A stretch of DNA of 64,000 nucleotides, from assembly GCA_013239625.1 (NCBI GenBank), contig MU054117.1, positions 1,362,011 to 1,426,010 on the forward strand, in the 5' to 3' direction. A program made the position numbers and the translations under genes. Source of the DNA: Lama guanicoe (taxonomy: Eukaryota). This document shows positions 11,601 through 25,735 of the stretch, one piece after another. The notes under the pieces were generated by a model, which saw only the letters and a list, made by a program, of their open reading frames with translations, was not told the DNA's origin and did no database searches. Position 1 is the first letter of the stretch; each line of letters opens with the position of its first letter.

Positions 11601-13399
11601 CCATAATCACGGCTAAGGAAACAGGGAAGCACAGATGTTTGCTGTTGTTCTAGAAGCCAGTGAGCAGGCCGGGGTCCGAGAGCGTGTGCCAGCATTCAGG
11701 CTGTGGATTACACTCTCTGGGTGGCTGGTACACAGTAATTTTACAGATACAGAGGCCATGAAAGAGAGAAGTGACACTAAATGCCTTTACAAGTGACAGA
11801 AAAGACAGACCCCCCCCCTTTTTTAAATCTCAGATGGTACAATTATTAATGGTGTTGGATATCTTTTTTGTTTGCTTACCTGCCGTATATATCTTCTTTT
11901 GTGAACTGTCTGTTCAAACATTTTGCCCATTTTTAATTGGGTCGTTTACTTCTTTTACTGTTGGGTTGTATTCAAGTCTTATAAAGACACGCAATTTACA
12001 TTTCAAAAAAACTCTTGGATAGTGTTAACCACAAGTTAACAAAATCATTTGCTTAAGGACCGGGCACAGACTACAGGTGCCAGTTACAGCGCATCCAGAC
12101 CCAGCAACTTAGTGCTGCAAAGCAGGAAAGTTTAGTCTTCTGCCTTTAAATAAAATACCCCTTCCCTGGTAAAGGCAGATACCAACTTAAAGTTATTTAA
12201 TGCTTTTTATAGAGAAAAAATCTTCCCTCTGTTTGAGGAAGAGCTAAGCAAGCAACGAGGGTAATCTTCAAGAATTCTAAGCACTTTCAACACACACGGA
12301 AAGAAGATGCACTTCAGATAACAAGGATCAAAATTCTCAAAGGAAGAAGTTTTGAGGGACTTTTATGCTTTCTTTTTACAAAATCATGGTCCACGTGTGG
12401 AAAAGGAATGACTGGAATTGACTCAAGATACAAGTTAACTATGAACTGTACACCCGCGTGCACGTGCCCTGAAGTATCTTTAACCAACCCAGGGATGCGA
12501 GGCTGAGCTGGGGGCCACCACCCTCCTCCCTGTCCTGGGGGCCCACATCATAAAAGGATCTCTCTGTCCGCACGCGCGCTCACAGACTCACACGTGGCTG
12601 AAGGGTTAAAATCAGGACATAACGACATTGTCTCTATTTTCCAAAGTTACTTCTTTTCTTTTTCTTTTTTTTTTGTCATGAAAATGATCGAAAATAGCTT
12701 TTAGTCTTTTGTGTAAAGGGGAAGAGAAAAGAAAACTGACATTAATTAAAATCAACTCTTTCTTAAAAAAAAGCTTAAATGGTTAAAAAAAAAAGTATCT
12801 CAAATGATCTCATATACTTCTGGTTGTGGAAATTCTCCAGTTGTCATTTTAATACACTCAAGTATTTGAAAACCTTCGCTTTCCAGAAATAAACAAGAGG
12901 CATCAGGCCCAGACAGATCTTCGCCAGAACGAATACCCACCCACTGAGGGTCATTTCAGGGGAACTGGTGGCTGAATAAATTAGTGAAATGGGACAGCGA
13001 AGCTCATCTGCTGCGAGAGGTGTCATCTCTAACACACGTCGGTACGTGACCGGGCAGTCGGGTGGCGATGAGACTGCGATTCCTAAAGAATCGGGTCATC
13101 TGAGTCCGGGCCCTGAAGTTCAGCTTCTGCCGGTCACTCAGACGTCTACCCTCAGGACGGAACCTCCGTCTGAGTAAGCAGAGGAGGCAGTTCTGTGCAA
13201 GCCTTCCTTCAGAAACAGGCGCTCGCCCTGACTCGCGCCTGCGGAGCCGGGGCGGACGCGCTTTCCCCACCCCCGCCAGCGAGGGCAGAAGCAACACGGA
13301 CACTGTCTACACGCTAGACGCGCGTGTACAGCCACTCCCACACCAGCATCCCCTTAAGCCTCTTCTTTTCTCGGCCTCGATGATTTCTGTTGTCCTCCT

Positions 13400-13845
13400 G
13401 TTCTCAGGTGCACCGCCTCTTCCTTCTGCTGCTCAAAGTTGCCTTTGAATCCGGCTGAGTAAATTTCATTTTGGTTCTTGTACTTTTCAGCTTCAGAATC
13501 TCTCTTCGGTTTCTTTTTAGATTTTCTGTCTGTTTATCGATATTTCCATTTATTCACACATCATTTTCTTGATTTTTCCACATCTTCCTTTAGTTCTTTG
13601 AGCATCTTTAAGACAGTTTTTAAAAGGTCTTTCTCTGTTACATCTGCCATTACGTCTTTTTCAGGGATAATTTCTGTTGATTTATTTTTTCCTTTGAAAG
13701 GGACATACTTTCCTATTTCTTTGTATGTCTTGTGATTTATTTTTTTTGTTGAGTCCTGAACATTTGAATCTAATAATGTGGTATCTTGGAAATCAGATCT
13801 TTCCCCTTCCCCAAGGTTTGCAGTTTTTTAAATTTTTGTTTACTG

Positions 13846-13892
<47 letters not shown>

Positions 13893-14340
13893 TTGATCGT
13901 TGTAGGCTGTCTCCGTGCTGAGGATCAGCCTGGGGTGTGACCTTAAGGTCTTCTCGGGTCTTTTCTGAGCTTTCCCCTGGGCATGCATGGTCACTCTCCA
14001 ATTTTCCTTACATACTCAGCTGTTTTGGAATGTCTTAGTCTTTAATGTCTGCCTCCCGAAACAGGAAAAAGCAAATAATGAAGGAGGCAAGAAAGGGCGC
14101 CAGGTCACCATTCAGCCAGAGGGGGGGCCCTGCAACAGTGGCGGAGGGGCAACAACGATGGCGCCCGCCTCGGGTGTGCACCCCTGTGGTCAGAACACAG
14201 ATCCCCAGTGTCTGGAGGACAGCGGCCTTGCTGCCCACCCTGGCTCCCGCAAAGTGTGCAAGCTCTGTTTATACTGCGTACCTGCCTGCCTCGTGGCTGG
14301 GGTGGGGGACGGGTGAGATTCTGGGTATGGATCCAACCTG
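13400..14340 (-). mobile_element. Old L1M fragment (ORF1/5' region)
   Basis: T-rich antisense L1 signature (gtaaatttcattttggttcttgtacttttcagcttcagaatc; ctgaggatcagcctggggtgtgaccttaaggtcttctc). Confidence 0.65.
13849..13892 (+). repeat. (TTA)n microsatellite, about 14 units
   Basis: Perfect ATT run read directly from the sequence. Confidence 0.97.
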
Positions 14341-15774
14341 CGGCAAAATTTCTTCCCATCTGTGGACACGTGACACTAGAAAACAAGGTACCAGTTTCTG
14401 AAGTACAACGGTAGGACAGGTAGGGACAGGGCAGGCGCACCCACTCCAAATACAAGCGGAGTCAAAGATGGCAGGCAGCTGGGCGAGAACCGGCCTGGAA
14501 AGCTGCCTGCCTGTCCCGCAGAGCCCCGCCTGGCTGGTTTCCTAAGTAGTAAGGCACACAGGGAGGCAAATGAGGAAAGCGGTTACAAAGATAACTTGAC
14601 CTTAAGGGTCCTCCACTCAGCAGAGACTGCAGTGAAGGGATGCTGAACACAGCAGACGAGAGGGGTGACCCTGCTGCGTCCTGTCACTGGACTCAGGCCG
14701 ACGACCGAGAGTCAGCCGGGCTCGCCCACGCGTCTAGGGGGCTCTTACCAGGCGGCGCGGCAGCGTGTCGGCTCTGCAGTCCGGGCACGTTTGTGAAGAA
14801 CACACAGAGACTGCGACACAGCCCGGTCACTGCGTGTTTCTGATGAACTGGCTAGTTAAGAGCTACAGAGGCCTGAAACATGCACGTTCAAAACTGCTTT
14901 CAGAGATCCCATACTTTTAGGTTTGACCATTAGCAGGCTGCAATTTTATACAAGTCCGGGAAAAACATACCCAATTCAGAATGCCCTGTTCAGGAACGTG
15001 ACTGGCCATACAATAAACTGAGCATTCTCTGCCTTGAAAACCAGCTGCCACAAATATTATTCTAGTACCAAGCTCAACGACGTATTTAGTTAATTAAACT
15101 CTTATATCGTATAAAGCCTGTGAAATACAGGGGGAGCCCTGAACCTCAGGTGTAACAGACATCCATTCTCTGCCCGTCAGAATTTTCTAGGAGCTTTTCA
15201 GTCTCGGTTTGCTCTTCTCGAGAAGGCGAACTGACTGATTCTTCAACGATTCTGCCATTCAAAGGGCATCTTAAACACTATGTAACAGTTTGGGGCCAGA
15301 CTTCCATATGTCTGTCCGTGCATATATATAAGATCACAACAGTATTTTAATACCGGAATTATTTGTGACGGTTACTTAGTATTATCAGCACACAGGTTTT
15401 CAAACCTGGCTGCTTAAAAATCGGTCTGATTTCAGCTACTCTGAGTTCCCAGTCAACACTCTCTACCTCTCATTAATTCAGACAACTATTTCTAAGAAAA
15501 CTGTTGAAATGCGAAGGTGTCTTTTGATATCAGGTGGGGAAGAGACTCTGGCCTGTCAAAACTCTTGAGTTCTTAAAATTGAGCACAGCCCTTTACGGTA
15601 CTTTATATATTTTCACTGTAAGTTAAAAATAAGGGCTTATTAAAGTTCTATTTATCCCAACAGAGAGTCACGGGGTCATTAATCATACGGCCAAAGGCTA
15701 CCGAAATCTCTAACCAAAAGCACATAATGCTGGCAACACACTTTGGTGTTGTGATCTGCAGTGACAGTGGAGTG

Positions 15775-15960
15775 ACGGGATCTGTTCTGGACCCTGGCCC
15801 AGTCACTTGCTAGCTGTGTGACCCCAGGCAAACCACGCAGTGTCTCTCTCAGCATCTCCTCTGCACAACACTGGTGACCCCACGTCACAGGGCTGCTGTG
15901 AAGACTGAATGGGTCAGTTCACGTGACGCACCCAAAAGAAGGCTTAGGTCAATAAATACT
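15775..15960 (+). mobile_element. MIR SINE
   Basis: ccagtcacttgctagctgtgtgaccccaggcaaa...cacagggctgctgtgaagactgaatg matches the MIR core. Confidence 0.7.
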
Positions 15961-17099
15961 ATGATCTGTGAACACTGTTTTCAAGAAAGCCAGGTCGCAG
16001 GACGGATGATGTAACTCGGCCATGCAAACGGCATTCCGGGACGGGTAACGCAGTTTATCTGACATCATGCCTCTCGTCCTTGAAGACGTGTATCATTAAT
16101 TCCACATTCACTTCTAATAAGTATCCACGTTAGTTCAACAGAGACCAGAAGAGGCAGCAGGGACCGATTCTGCGGCGTATACTGGTCTGAAGTGATCCCT
16201 TCTAAGAGAAGTTTGGGGGAGAAAGGGGAACCGCCCCTACACCAAGCCTCCTCGCGTTACTCATGCTTAACGAGATCCTCAGACCAAGGTCAAGGAGCAC
16301 CGAAACGCAGCCACAAATCTCACCACCAGACAGGCCTGGGAGGAGGAGGAGGGGCGGGGAGGGGCGGGGCTCGCGGCAGGGAGCCCAGGCCGATCTACTC
16401 GCAGTCAGGGGATTCCAGAGGGCCCAGAAAACTCAGAGGATTCATACATTCCCGGTGGCATCATGAAAGGCGGCAGCCTGACACCAGGAGGGCCAGCGAG
16501 ATCTGATGCTGGAAACGAAGGGAAGGGAGAGTCTTACCAAGCTTTTGTGAGGAATGCTCCTGCATCTGGAACTGACGATAACGAAGATGGAACAGATGGA
16601 AGGAAGGAGGCTGGGAGGGACGTTCCCCACACCTCCCAGCCTCTGGGCTGCACCCAGCTCCAAGCAAGCAGGACTCATCAAAACATCACCTACCTCTTTG
16701 TGGGGAACAGCAAAGGTTTCGCGGGACGGTGAGCAACCAGGATTTTTTTTTCTGACTTTGAAATGCAATGCTTACGACTTTCATAAAATAAGCAAATTTC
16801 TACCGACAGAGCTAAAGAGTCCTTACATGTGTGCTTTCTTACGCTTCGCAACTGCTTCTTGAAAGACTCTTCCTAATGTCAGCAATTAGCAGACACTGCA
16901 GGTTCAGGTAAATGCACTGACTGGTCAAAACACGGGAAACACAGCACTCGCAGCTTCCAAGTTAATTTTCTCTGTCACCCAATAGACGAGGAGGGTAAAA
17001 CCGAGGGAGGCGAGTTAGGGAGCCCGCGGCCTGATTCACTAAAAAGCAAACAAAGCAAAACGAAAAACAGGAAGTTAGCTGCCAACACTTGGGTATCAG

Positions 17100-17390
17100 G
17101 AGCCTTGTCAAAAGTACAAACTTTCAGCTGTGAGACAAGTCGGCCCCGGGGAGGTGGTGCGCAGCACGGCGGCCGCGGTCAACAGCTCTGCACTGTGCAT
17201 GTGGAGGCCGCTGGAGAGTGAGGATCTTGGAAGGTTTCACCGTAGGAAAAAAAAATTGTAACTATGTGGTGATGGACGTACAGTGAACTCAACGTGGTGA
17301 TCACTCCACATAGGTACACGCATCAAATCATTACGTTGCACACCTGAAGCGACTCTAACGTTACACGCCAATCATCTCTCACTAAACAAA
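17100..17390 (+). mobile_element. L1MA-type 3' end fragment
   Basis: gtacaaactttcagctgtgagacaag...aattgtaactatgtggtgatggacgt...gtggtgatcactccaca...atcaaatcattacgttgcacacctgaa. Confidence 0.7.
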
Positions 17391-19844
17391 GACTTATTTA
17401 TATGGATTCTCTGGGGGGGAAGAACAGACCTTGGGTAACACGGGGCTCCCGTGCTGCACGGCCACGAGGAGCTGGGGTGAAGAGTGGCTGCCTCTGCAGG
17501 CAGAGCACGCGGCCCCCCGTCCACGCAGGCCCCTCCCCGGTCTTCACACCCTCCTCACGCTCACTCCCGACGCCTGCCGGGCCCGCGCGGCCCTCGGGCA
17601 CGGGGCTCTGAGGTATCTGACCAGCATTCTGGCAGCTGGGAAGCACTGCACACAGGCCGATGAAGATTCCACACTTAGTTTAACCGCAGTCAGAGCTGGA
17701 GCAGCAGGGACAGAAGGGAATCCCCACACCGAGGACCCGCCACGCCAGTGAGAGCAGCGCGGCCGAGAGAGAGCGAACCGCCAGCTGCCGGACAGCGGGT
17801 GGATATCCCTTCCCCCCATCACATTCAGCTCATGTCCAGTGGGCGATGAACGTGTGGATGAAAAAAGCCGAGGATGGCTTTGCTAAGACAAAGGGGAGAG
17901 AAAAAACAACTGATTGAGGGCTAGGAGATTCCAAACTGCAGAGATGAGTATGGAGGTGAAGATGCAAGTTGAGACTCAGCCGGGGAAGCGGGAGGCAACT
18001 CTAGAAGGGGGGACAGTGAGCGGAGCTGGTCCTAACGTCCGTGATGGGTTACAGGGAGAGGCACGAACACGGAATACTTAACACACAAACCATCGGACTG
18101 AAGGGAGACAGGGAAAATGCTCACCTCCTGCTAATTATCCTACGTCAACAAGGGCTGCTGAACCATTAAACAGCGCCTGAGCCGTGACCTCCTACCCGTC
18201 ACCTCTGGGGGTTGTGCGCCCTAACGAGACAGGCGGCTTCCACTCTCTCCGACCACAAAACAATGGTCACCATCAGGAGATGAAGCCCTACGGGACAGCG
18301 GGCGCTGACACGAGGCTGCAGCAGACCCAGGAGAGAGCAGCTGGGCCGAGCACAGCACACAGATGGCGGCTGGCACCCCGGGTGCACGGTGGCCTGGTGC
18401 GCGAATGCGCCCAAGGCTGGTCTCCAGATCCGGACGGAGAGCCCTTAGAGACACGGACAGACGCCTGCTGCGGGACAGACGCCTGCTGCACCCTGCCTGT
18501 GCCCCGCAGCTTCCGCAGTGCTCACCCCGCCGCCACTCAGGCTGCGTACCTTTCCCTCTGTCCCCCAGCAACTCAGGGGCTCTCTGCAGCTGTCCTCCAG
18601 CACTGCTCTCCTTTTATAGGATGTAGAATAGTTTATGGTTCCCTCCCCAGCGCTGGATGTCACTTTCAAGCTAGTTTTAATGCTGAGATGAATGGCTTTT
18701 TCCAGTCGCTCCAGAACTGGCCCTTCCTGCAGACAACGCCCCACAAGCCCCCAGCGCGTCACCCCGCCCTGCCCACTGCGCCCCCTTCTCCAGATCTCCT
18801 TCTCCCTAGACACGCTGCGCGGCCCTCAGGCCCTCCCGGGAGTGGGGAGCACACCCTCTGCAGCCGGGGGAGTGCAGGGGGGACACAGAGAGCCGAGCTT
18901 CCCGCGTCCAGTGAACAAGTACGCGCTATTTCCCAGCCTCGGGCCTTGCTCCCAAGCATAACGGAAACCAAGAGTTGTTCAGACAACATGGAATAACAAC
19001 CATTTAAATCAGTTAGTTACAGCTCTTAAAATGAGACAGACTGAGCAACGGGAGACTCAGTGATAAACCGCTGATCATTTTTGTTCAGTTTTCCTGGGTG
19101 ACATCAAAGAAGTGTATCTTTTTTTGTCAAACCAGAAAATGCTTATGTGACAATTCCTAGAAATGCTGGATAAAGTCGTTGAACCTGCAATGAAAGGCGG
19201 TCCCTCTGCCCGCGCGGCTGTCACCGGCACCCAGGAGAGGGCGGAAAGTCCGCGGTGAGTCCCAGCCCTTTCGGGTGATCCTCTTCACCCCACGTGAGGG
19301 CCAAACAGGCCGGCCACGCAGGGTGGCTGCTGGCTTGGACCACCTCCTCCTACCCACACGTCGGGGGTGGGGGATGAACCCCCCTCCACTATCACTCTGG
19401 ACTTGAAGTCCCCACACACTTAGGGTGCTCACAGCTTCGGGGGCTCCGGGCGGGGCTCGCAGGAGCGGCTGGCAGACCCGGAGGCCTTCCGGTCAGAGCC
19501 CCGGGGCCTGCGTCTCTAAGACACAAGAGCCACACTACACTCTGCTGTTACTTTGTATTTTGTTATTTTGTAGCTTCGAGTTTGTGTCGTTTCTCCTAGT
19601 AATTCCTAAAACAAGGACAGATCACACTGTTTTTTTTTGTTTGTTTCAAGCTCTTCACAAGCAGATCGAGAGGGGAGCGGGCGGAGCATAAGTATGTACT
19701 TTCCCCGCGGCGCCGGGGCACAGACGCGCCTGTCGTGAAAACGGGACAGCACTGCGCGTGTTGCTCTAATTGCTAAATGACTTTTCTAACTACTGGCCCC
19801 CTGGAATTTCCACATAAGATGATGGTAAGGCTGAAAAGATAATT

Positions 19845-19975
19845 GGTTCTAATCCTGGCTCTGCCCCTCAGTCCTGATGGGAATTTAGCTGAGAAGCGCA
19901 CTCTTTGGAGTTTCTGGGCTTCACGATACGGTGAGGGAGGCGAAGCAGCTGTGCCCAGCGTGTCACAGGCCACTG
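19845..19975 (+). mobile_element. MIR SINE fragment
   Basis: ggttctaatcctggctctgcccct...gcccagcgtgtcacagg, a degenerate MIR core. Confidence 0.5.
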
Positions 19976-22054
19976 AGAAGTCGTAGCCGTTTTTATAGTT
20001 ACTCTTCCTCTCACCTAATTCTGAGGTCAGACTAGCGCTGGACACGAGGAAGAGGCGTGAACGCAAAGGGGAAGCCACAGAACCGGAAAGGAAGTGCACG
20101 GAGCGCGTGCCGGAGTCACCACGTTCCCAGCGCTGACCCTTCGCGCAGGTGGGCATTTAACGCCGCTCTTCAATGAGGAAAATGCAAGATTCAGGTCACC
20201 AGTTCGACAGAAAAGCTGGATTTCTTTCACATTACCCAAGAAAACACTCATTTCTCCCAGCTGCCCTGAGAAAGACGCCCTCCTCAGAGGAGCAGAGCAG
20301 TGGAGTGAACGCGGCCACCGTCCTGAGCGGAGAGCGAGGACCGCAGGTCCCGAGCCCCTTCGCCGCGTCCCCAGCGTGCGCGGTTCCGCTGGGGAACAGA
20401 AGTGGATCCAAATGCTCGGGGCTGCGATCTTACTTAAATTCACACTAACCCTGTGAGGGCATATAAAATGTGACGCAAATTTTGTAGATGAGGAGCGTGA
20501 GCCTCAGAGACCCACTCACCATCTGTGTCACTGGTGAACGGACCAGCCAGAGTCACAGCCGAGCCGATGAGCTCTGGATGGGGCCGCTCCTGGGAAGAAA
20601 GACGTTCGCCTTCCCTTCAGAGTGTCTGACATGCTGCACGCACCTGACGCATCTGAGACAAATGGGCAGACACAGTGGGTGATGGACACAGGGACGCGTG
20701 CTGAGGCTGCGGCGGGAGGGACGGCAAGGCCAGGGACCCCCTGCAGGGTGGTCTGGACAATCAGAACAACTGGTTAGACTCCAACCGTCTTTAAGGCAAG
20801 AAAAGTCCACACTGTCGGACATTAACCCTAATGCAGAGGATCACAAAATTGCAGCTGTAAATGAGTTTGTCTAGGTTTAAACCAAATCCCTTCAACCTGC
20901 ACTCAAAACACTTTAAAATGAAAAGCGACAAAGAAACCCCCCGGCCTGTCCTGAACAGGGGCAGCGCCTGACCTCCCGCTGACGGCAGCTGCGTCAGGGA
21001 GGCCCTAAGTTCTCGGGGTGGAGGGAAGGAAAAGGGGCTGAGACCAGGGCCGGCTGGCGGCCCAGAGACCCCCCCGGGGCTGGTGCGCTGGCACCCACCA
21101 GCGGGGTGCCTGGTGGTGACAGCCGGGCCGCCTCACCACGTACAGTGGGAGCGCGGGCACCAGCACAGCGCCTGGACCCGGTCAGACCGCCGTTCCTCTT
21201 CCTTCTGTCCCTCGGGCCCGGCACCTTTCTCTGATGCGGCCTCTCCCAGGGCTGCTTTCCCATGACTGAGTCCTGAAGGCCCGTTACCCTGGGAGTCGGG
21301 GAGCAAACCAGGACCCGCCTACAGGTGACCCCCTAGTCTGTAACTCCCTTGTGCTTCACCTCCTTCCGAACTCAGAATCGCACACAAAGACCAAGGCCCC
21401 ACCGGGCTGCGGCAGCCCCGTTTTAGGGGCGGGTCTGGTCAGCGCTGCCTGCTTCCTTGTTGGGAGATGGCCTTAGACTCAGGCGCATTCTTGCAACTCA
21501 ACGGCTACAGCTTCAAGTTAAAATGACAGCGATGCCACGTCCTCTTTCCCAAAGCCACCCCTTGTCCAGAGGCTAGTGCGCACACTCAGAGAAGTTAAAG
21601 ACTCAAAATGCCCAGTTCCCACTTGCACGGCGTCCCAGACTCACGCTGTGAGGGCGTGCAGCGCAGCGCTCCGGGGACGGGGCTCTGGGGGAGGCCACCG
21701 CTGTCCTCCTGCACGGCTCACCCCACCACAGGACGCCCAGGGCTCACGGCCACGCGCAAAGGTACTCGGGACTTTCTGGCCGCTCCTTTCTAAGGTTATA
21801 ATTAACATCTTTACCTTTCACCTAAGAAAACACATGGTTTTGACAGCCAAGTAACCAGAAGCCGCTGAGAATGAGACACAGCACTGGAGCTGCCAGGCTC
21901 AAGTTCTATCCTACGTGGTGTCCTAAGGAGGAAGGACCTCAATCACGTGTCTGTGGATGCAGGCCTAGCTGCTTAGGAGAACCGCTACTGCCCAATACGC
22001 ACACTCACAAACCAGGAAACGCCTTTCCTCAACACCCTCCAGCTTCACGTTACC

Positions 22055-22330
22055 AGCTTTTCTCCCTGACAAACAGAAACTGCATATACATTCACTGCAC
22101 GTCTGTCAGGGGTACAGTGTGACGCTTTAATATGTGAGTACGTTGTGAAGCGATCACAGTGAAGCCAATGGACACGTTCATCACCTCGTGTAGTTACCTT
22201 TTATTCTATTTTATTTTTTTTGTGAGAACACTTAAGAACTACTCTCTTAGTAAATTCCAAGTGCACGACACAGTATTGCCACGCTGTACGCTAGGCCGCC
22301 CGGGCGGTCCTGCAGAACTGAAGCTGTACA
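22055..22330 (-). mobile_element. L1MA-type 3' end fragment
   Basis: tcatcacctcgtgtagttacctt...tgtgagaacacttaagaactactctcttagtaaattccaagtgcacgacacagtatt. Confidence 0.7.
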
Positions 22331-23014
22331 CTTGGCCTCCACCTCCCCACGCAGGGGGCAGAAATCTCCCCACTTCCCGCACCCCGGCCCCGAAACTACA
22401 ACTCTATTCACGTTATCTGCGGCGATGGGCCAACCTCAGTGTGGACTGCGGGGCAGATGCCTCCAGTAATGAGCACGTTCTCCCCGTCTGACTCAGCAGG
22501 CACCCCGACACTGGCGGCGTCCTCCTCCCGCGACACGCGATTTTAGACGCTGGCAAGGGTTTCTCTCACTTGCAGACGAGCAGCGAGCTGTCTCCTCTGC
22601 GCACCTGTCCATCCTGCACAAGGGCACCCCTTCTGGTACTTTCTCAGCGAAGTCAGGCTGACGATGTTATTTATGTAATGACGTCTATTTCTAGGCAGCT
22701 GTGATGGTCCACAGAGGAAATACCTTTGCTCTGTAAATACTGATTCTTGCTAATCTGAACATTAACTGTCATGCTGTCGGTTGTGACTGATCCCCTCAAG
22801 CAGGAAAAGAGAAACTCCTTCACTGGAAAGACTCTTTCCTGGTCGGATAGATTCCAGCAGAAGAGCAAATCTAAACGGCCAAGCTGCACAGAGCACGTGC
22901 GGGGGCAGGAAGGGGGCGCCACTGAGGGAAGAGCAGTGGAGAGGAGGAAGCGGCCTCAGACGCTGAAAGCCAGCTTTCTCCTTATTCTAAAAGGGGGACG
23001 TTTTCTCCCCCCGC

Positions 23015-23125
23015 TTTAAAAATTGTGGTAAAATACACAAAACGTAAATTTTACCATTTTAACCGCCTTAACGTGTACGGTTCTGTCCAGTAAGTGCATT
23101 TCCAGCGTTGTGCAACCACCATCAA
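23015..23125 (-). mobile_element. L1MB-type 3' terminus
   Basis: aattgtggtaaaatacacaaaacgtaaattttaccattttaacc...gttgtgcaaccaccatc. Confidence 0.7.
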
Positions 23126-23779
23126 AGGGGAGAATTCCAGCTTTCACTTCGCAGATGGAAGGCCTTGCGTAGCAGCGCGCATTACGTTTGTGCAGGGTTT
23201 TAAGTGGAAAAGAGAAGGGCGCACCTCGCTCTCACCTTCAGAGTGCACCCGGCCCCAAATAACGGAAGTCATTTAAATGAAAACAGACGCGGTGCCTTCG
23301 GTAGGAGGAGTCTGACTGGATGTGAAGAACAAGCCTTTGCACCAGCGGGCGGCAGGTACCCCACACCCCTGCCGCCTCCTGGGCATGAGCCTCTGGACCC
23401 GGAGGTGCCACTAAAGGCCCCAAGGGCCCCTGCAGACACCCCAGAGCACTTCCAGGTACCACATGGGTGTGGGCGCTGTGGACCCCTGTGGCCTGACTCT
23501 CCTGAGAGACATCATCAAAAAACAAAAGCCTTTTTCATTTCAAATGGGCAGAATTTCACGCCGTCGTTGCAGACGTTAAAAAACGTTCTCCTGAGATGTG
23601 TGCCATCTTCCAAACCAGTCCTCCTACCGAGAATTCTCCAGAGACTGTGAGGACTGAAGCCTCTGCCGGCGAGGGTGACCGAGACGAGGTGGGACGGGTA
23701 ACCTGAGACCGCGACCTGAAGGCACAGGCCGGCGGGGACGCGGGGACGCGGGGACCCGGGCGCCCGGCCCAAGGCGTAC

Positions 23780-23924
23780 CTGCTGCTTGAGCTGCTGCAC
23801 AAGCCGGTCCTTCTCCCGCTTCAGGGCGGCCACCTCCTCCTGGGTCTTTTTCTTTGAGGACGAAAGCTCCAGGAGTGCGATGTTGGCGTCTTTCTCACTG
23901 ATGGCGGCCAGAAGGGCTTCCTGC
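23780..23924 (-). CDS. ERC1: ERC1 internal coding exon, 145 nt, phase 2/0: QEALLAAISEKDANIALLELSSSKKKTQEEVAALKREKDRLVQQLKQQ (C-terminal coiled coil)
   Basis: Acceptor tctctctctcttgcag|G CAG GAA and donor CAG CAG|gtacgc. The translation is the conserved ELKS/CAST C-terminal coiled coil, and SSSKKKTQEEVAAL fits ERC1 rather than ERC2. It joins in frame to 3419-3517. Confidence 0.97.
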
Positions 23925-25670
23925 CTGCAAGAGAGAGAGAACGCCCAGACCCTGGTGAGGTGCGCACAGCCGTCTTCTGCAGTCACTGTCCCTGCCGCCC
24001 CCCCTTTGTGTGGGACGAAGCCAATGGTCCGTGTGGGCAGGAATCCCATTCGGGCCTCCCTGACGCTAAGCTTCTTCAGCAGGGGGTTCCACCAACCCCT
24101 TTACAGAGAGTTCCCACGTACGGCTGCAGTTAACTCGGAAAGTAAACAAAGCTCGTGACTTTTTTTTTTAAGTAAGAATTAACCTGTCATTTATACATCT
24201 TACCCATGTGACTCATTCTTTTGATAAGTATTCTGCGGCTTCCAGGTAAACTGAGGCACCACGAGACCTGAAAACATTTTTATGTCCAGAACGTCCAGCA
24301 AACCGTAAATGTAAGGAACCAGGAGTGAGGACACCAGCCAGCCGCTCCCGGGGCCTGCGGGACGCCTACGAGGCCTTGTATCTCAACAGTGCAAACGAGT
24401 TTCCAGTCGAGGCTTTATTTGGCAATGACCTGCACACTTCTGAAGCAACAATTTAAACTTTACAGATTCCTTGTGGTTTCGCTACTTGTTGGTTCGCATC
24501 CAGAAGGAAAAGAAGGTGGGATTTGTCGGGGGGAGTGTTGAACATGAGAAACGTACAAGACAATCAGAATGCGCTTGGCGAACAACCTTACGGTCCAAAC
24601 GCACCCCCCACCAATAGCTCACCTTTTCTGTACGTCATCTGGAAGGAGACGGGTCTGATTAACAGGAACTGTGTAAACGGCCTGAGCTTTTGACCTGAGG
24701 AAATGCTGACTCTCACTGAGAATGCACGTTAACCTTGCTTCTGTCTCTTGTTAAGATAATCGGGCTTCGACAGCAGGCATATGGAAGAGCTTGAGCTTAG
24801 CCACAAACTCGAAGCCTATCTTCTAAGTATTCTGACGGGCAGATCCGGGGAACTCTGAGCACTAACAAACGGAGGATGTAGGTCCGTTTACATCACGGAA
24901 ATGAGACCTGCTTAACGGGTCTCTGCTGCTGGAAGGGAAGATTCTCAGTGACCCCCGTGTGACTTCCCACTGTCCCCACTCCAAATGATTCTAAGGAATG
25001 GCAGATGGCTTGTCCCAGGAAGCTCTCGTCAGCACCAAAGGGATGGCGACGGTCTAAATGTATCCTCTGACCACTTGAAAAAGTATGTTAAGTGGAGAAA
25101 TGAGCTTGAAAGGGAAGAGGTTCAAGCTGGTCTCACTCTGCAGTTTCCTGCTGACATCTGCTCCCTTTGGGGAAGCCCGGAGACTGACACACGGGAAGGA
25201 GAAACGCGCTTTCTCAACCAACGGGCTGCACTCTGTGCGCCAACACTCAGAACCACATGTTCAGCAGCAGGCAAGTAACAGAAGATGAATGAGAAATAGT
25301 TACTCTGTCCAATTAGACGAAGTCACGAGAACTTTTGCTGAGTGCAAGATAAAAGGTGAGAGGATCTGAGTTCCAGTCTGTGCTTAAGGAAAGTGTCATC
25401 ATATGAAAGAGTAAGAATTATTCTGTATTGTCAAAGCATCTTGACCAAATCCCAAATTCTTCTGTAAGCGACATGCCTGGCCAGCTAGTGTGGTACTGTT
25501 AATCTCTGGGGTAAAACATCACACTCCCAAAACGCAATACAGCAGGTGACAATTCAGATCCTGAATTTTAAGATAAAGTCTGAGCCACTGGAATAGTGCC
25601 TTTTTAATAAGACATATATTTTGAAGTTTTTTCTTTTTTCTATGCAATTCAAATAAAAATTTTATTTTGT

Positions 25671-25735
25671 GGGGGAGGGCAGAGCATGTGCTCAGCACGC
25701 ACAAGGTCCTGGGTTCGATCCCTGGCATCTCCATC
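25671..25735 (+). mobile_element. Vic-1-like SINE, truncated and internally deleted
   Basis: gggggagggcagagcatgtgctcagcacgcacaaggtcctgggttcgatccctggcatctcc keeps the B-box/T-arm. Confidence 0.7.

Noticed and set aside
13725..13994. Poly-Ile and poly-Asn ORFs
   Set aside because: Translations of the (TTA)n microsatellite.
14470..14511. 11-bp inverted repeat GGCAGGCAGCT / AGCTGCCTGCC with a 20-nt loop
   Set aside because: Low-complexity arms, too short for a pre-miRNA and compatible with chance.
18184..18996. 270-aa plus-strand ORF
   Set aside because: Starts at GTG, lies in GC-rich intronic sequence and resembles no protein family I recognise.
23624..24049. ERC2/CAST1 identity, or the 141-aa ORF as a stand-alone gene
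   Set aside because: Only the 145-nt splice-bounded part is ELKS-like. SSSKKKTQEEVAAL and the absence of a poly-His tract in the next exon indicate ERC1.
8321..24625. Other strong minus-strand donor matches (about 8327, 10380, 11879, 18124, 20519, 24622)
   Set aside because: Several lie in repeats and I saw no convincing paired acceptor and reading frame for them. Such matches are expected by chance in long introns.
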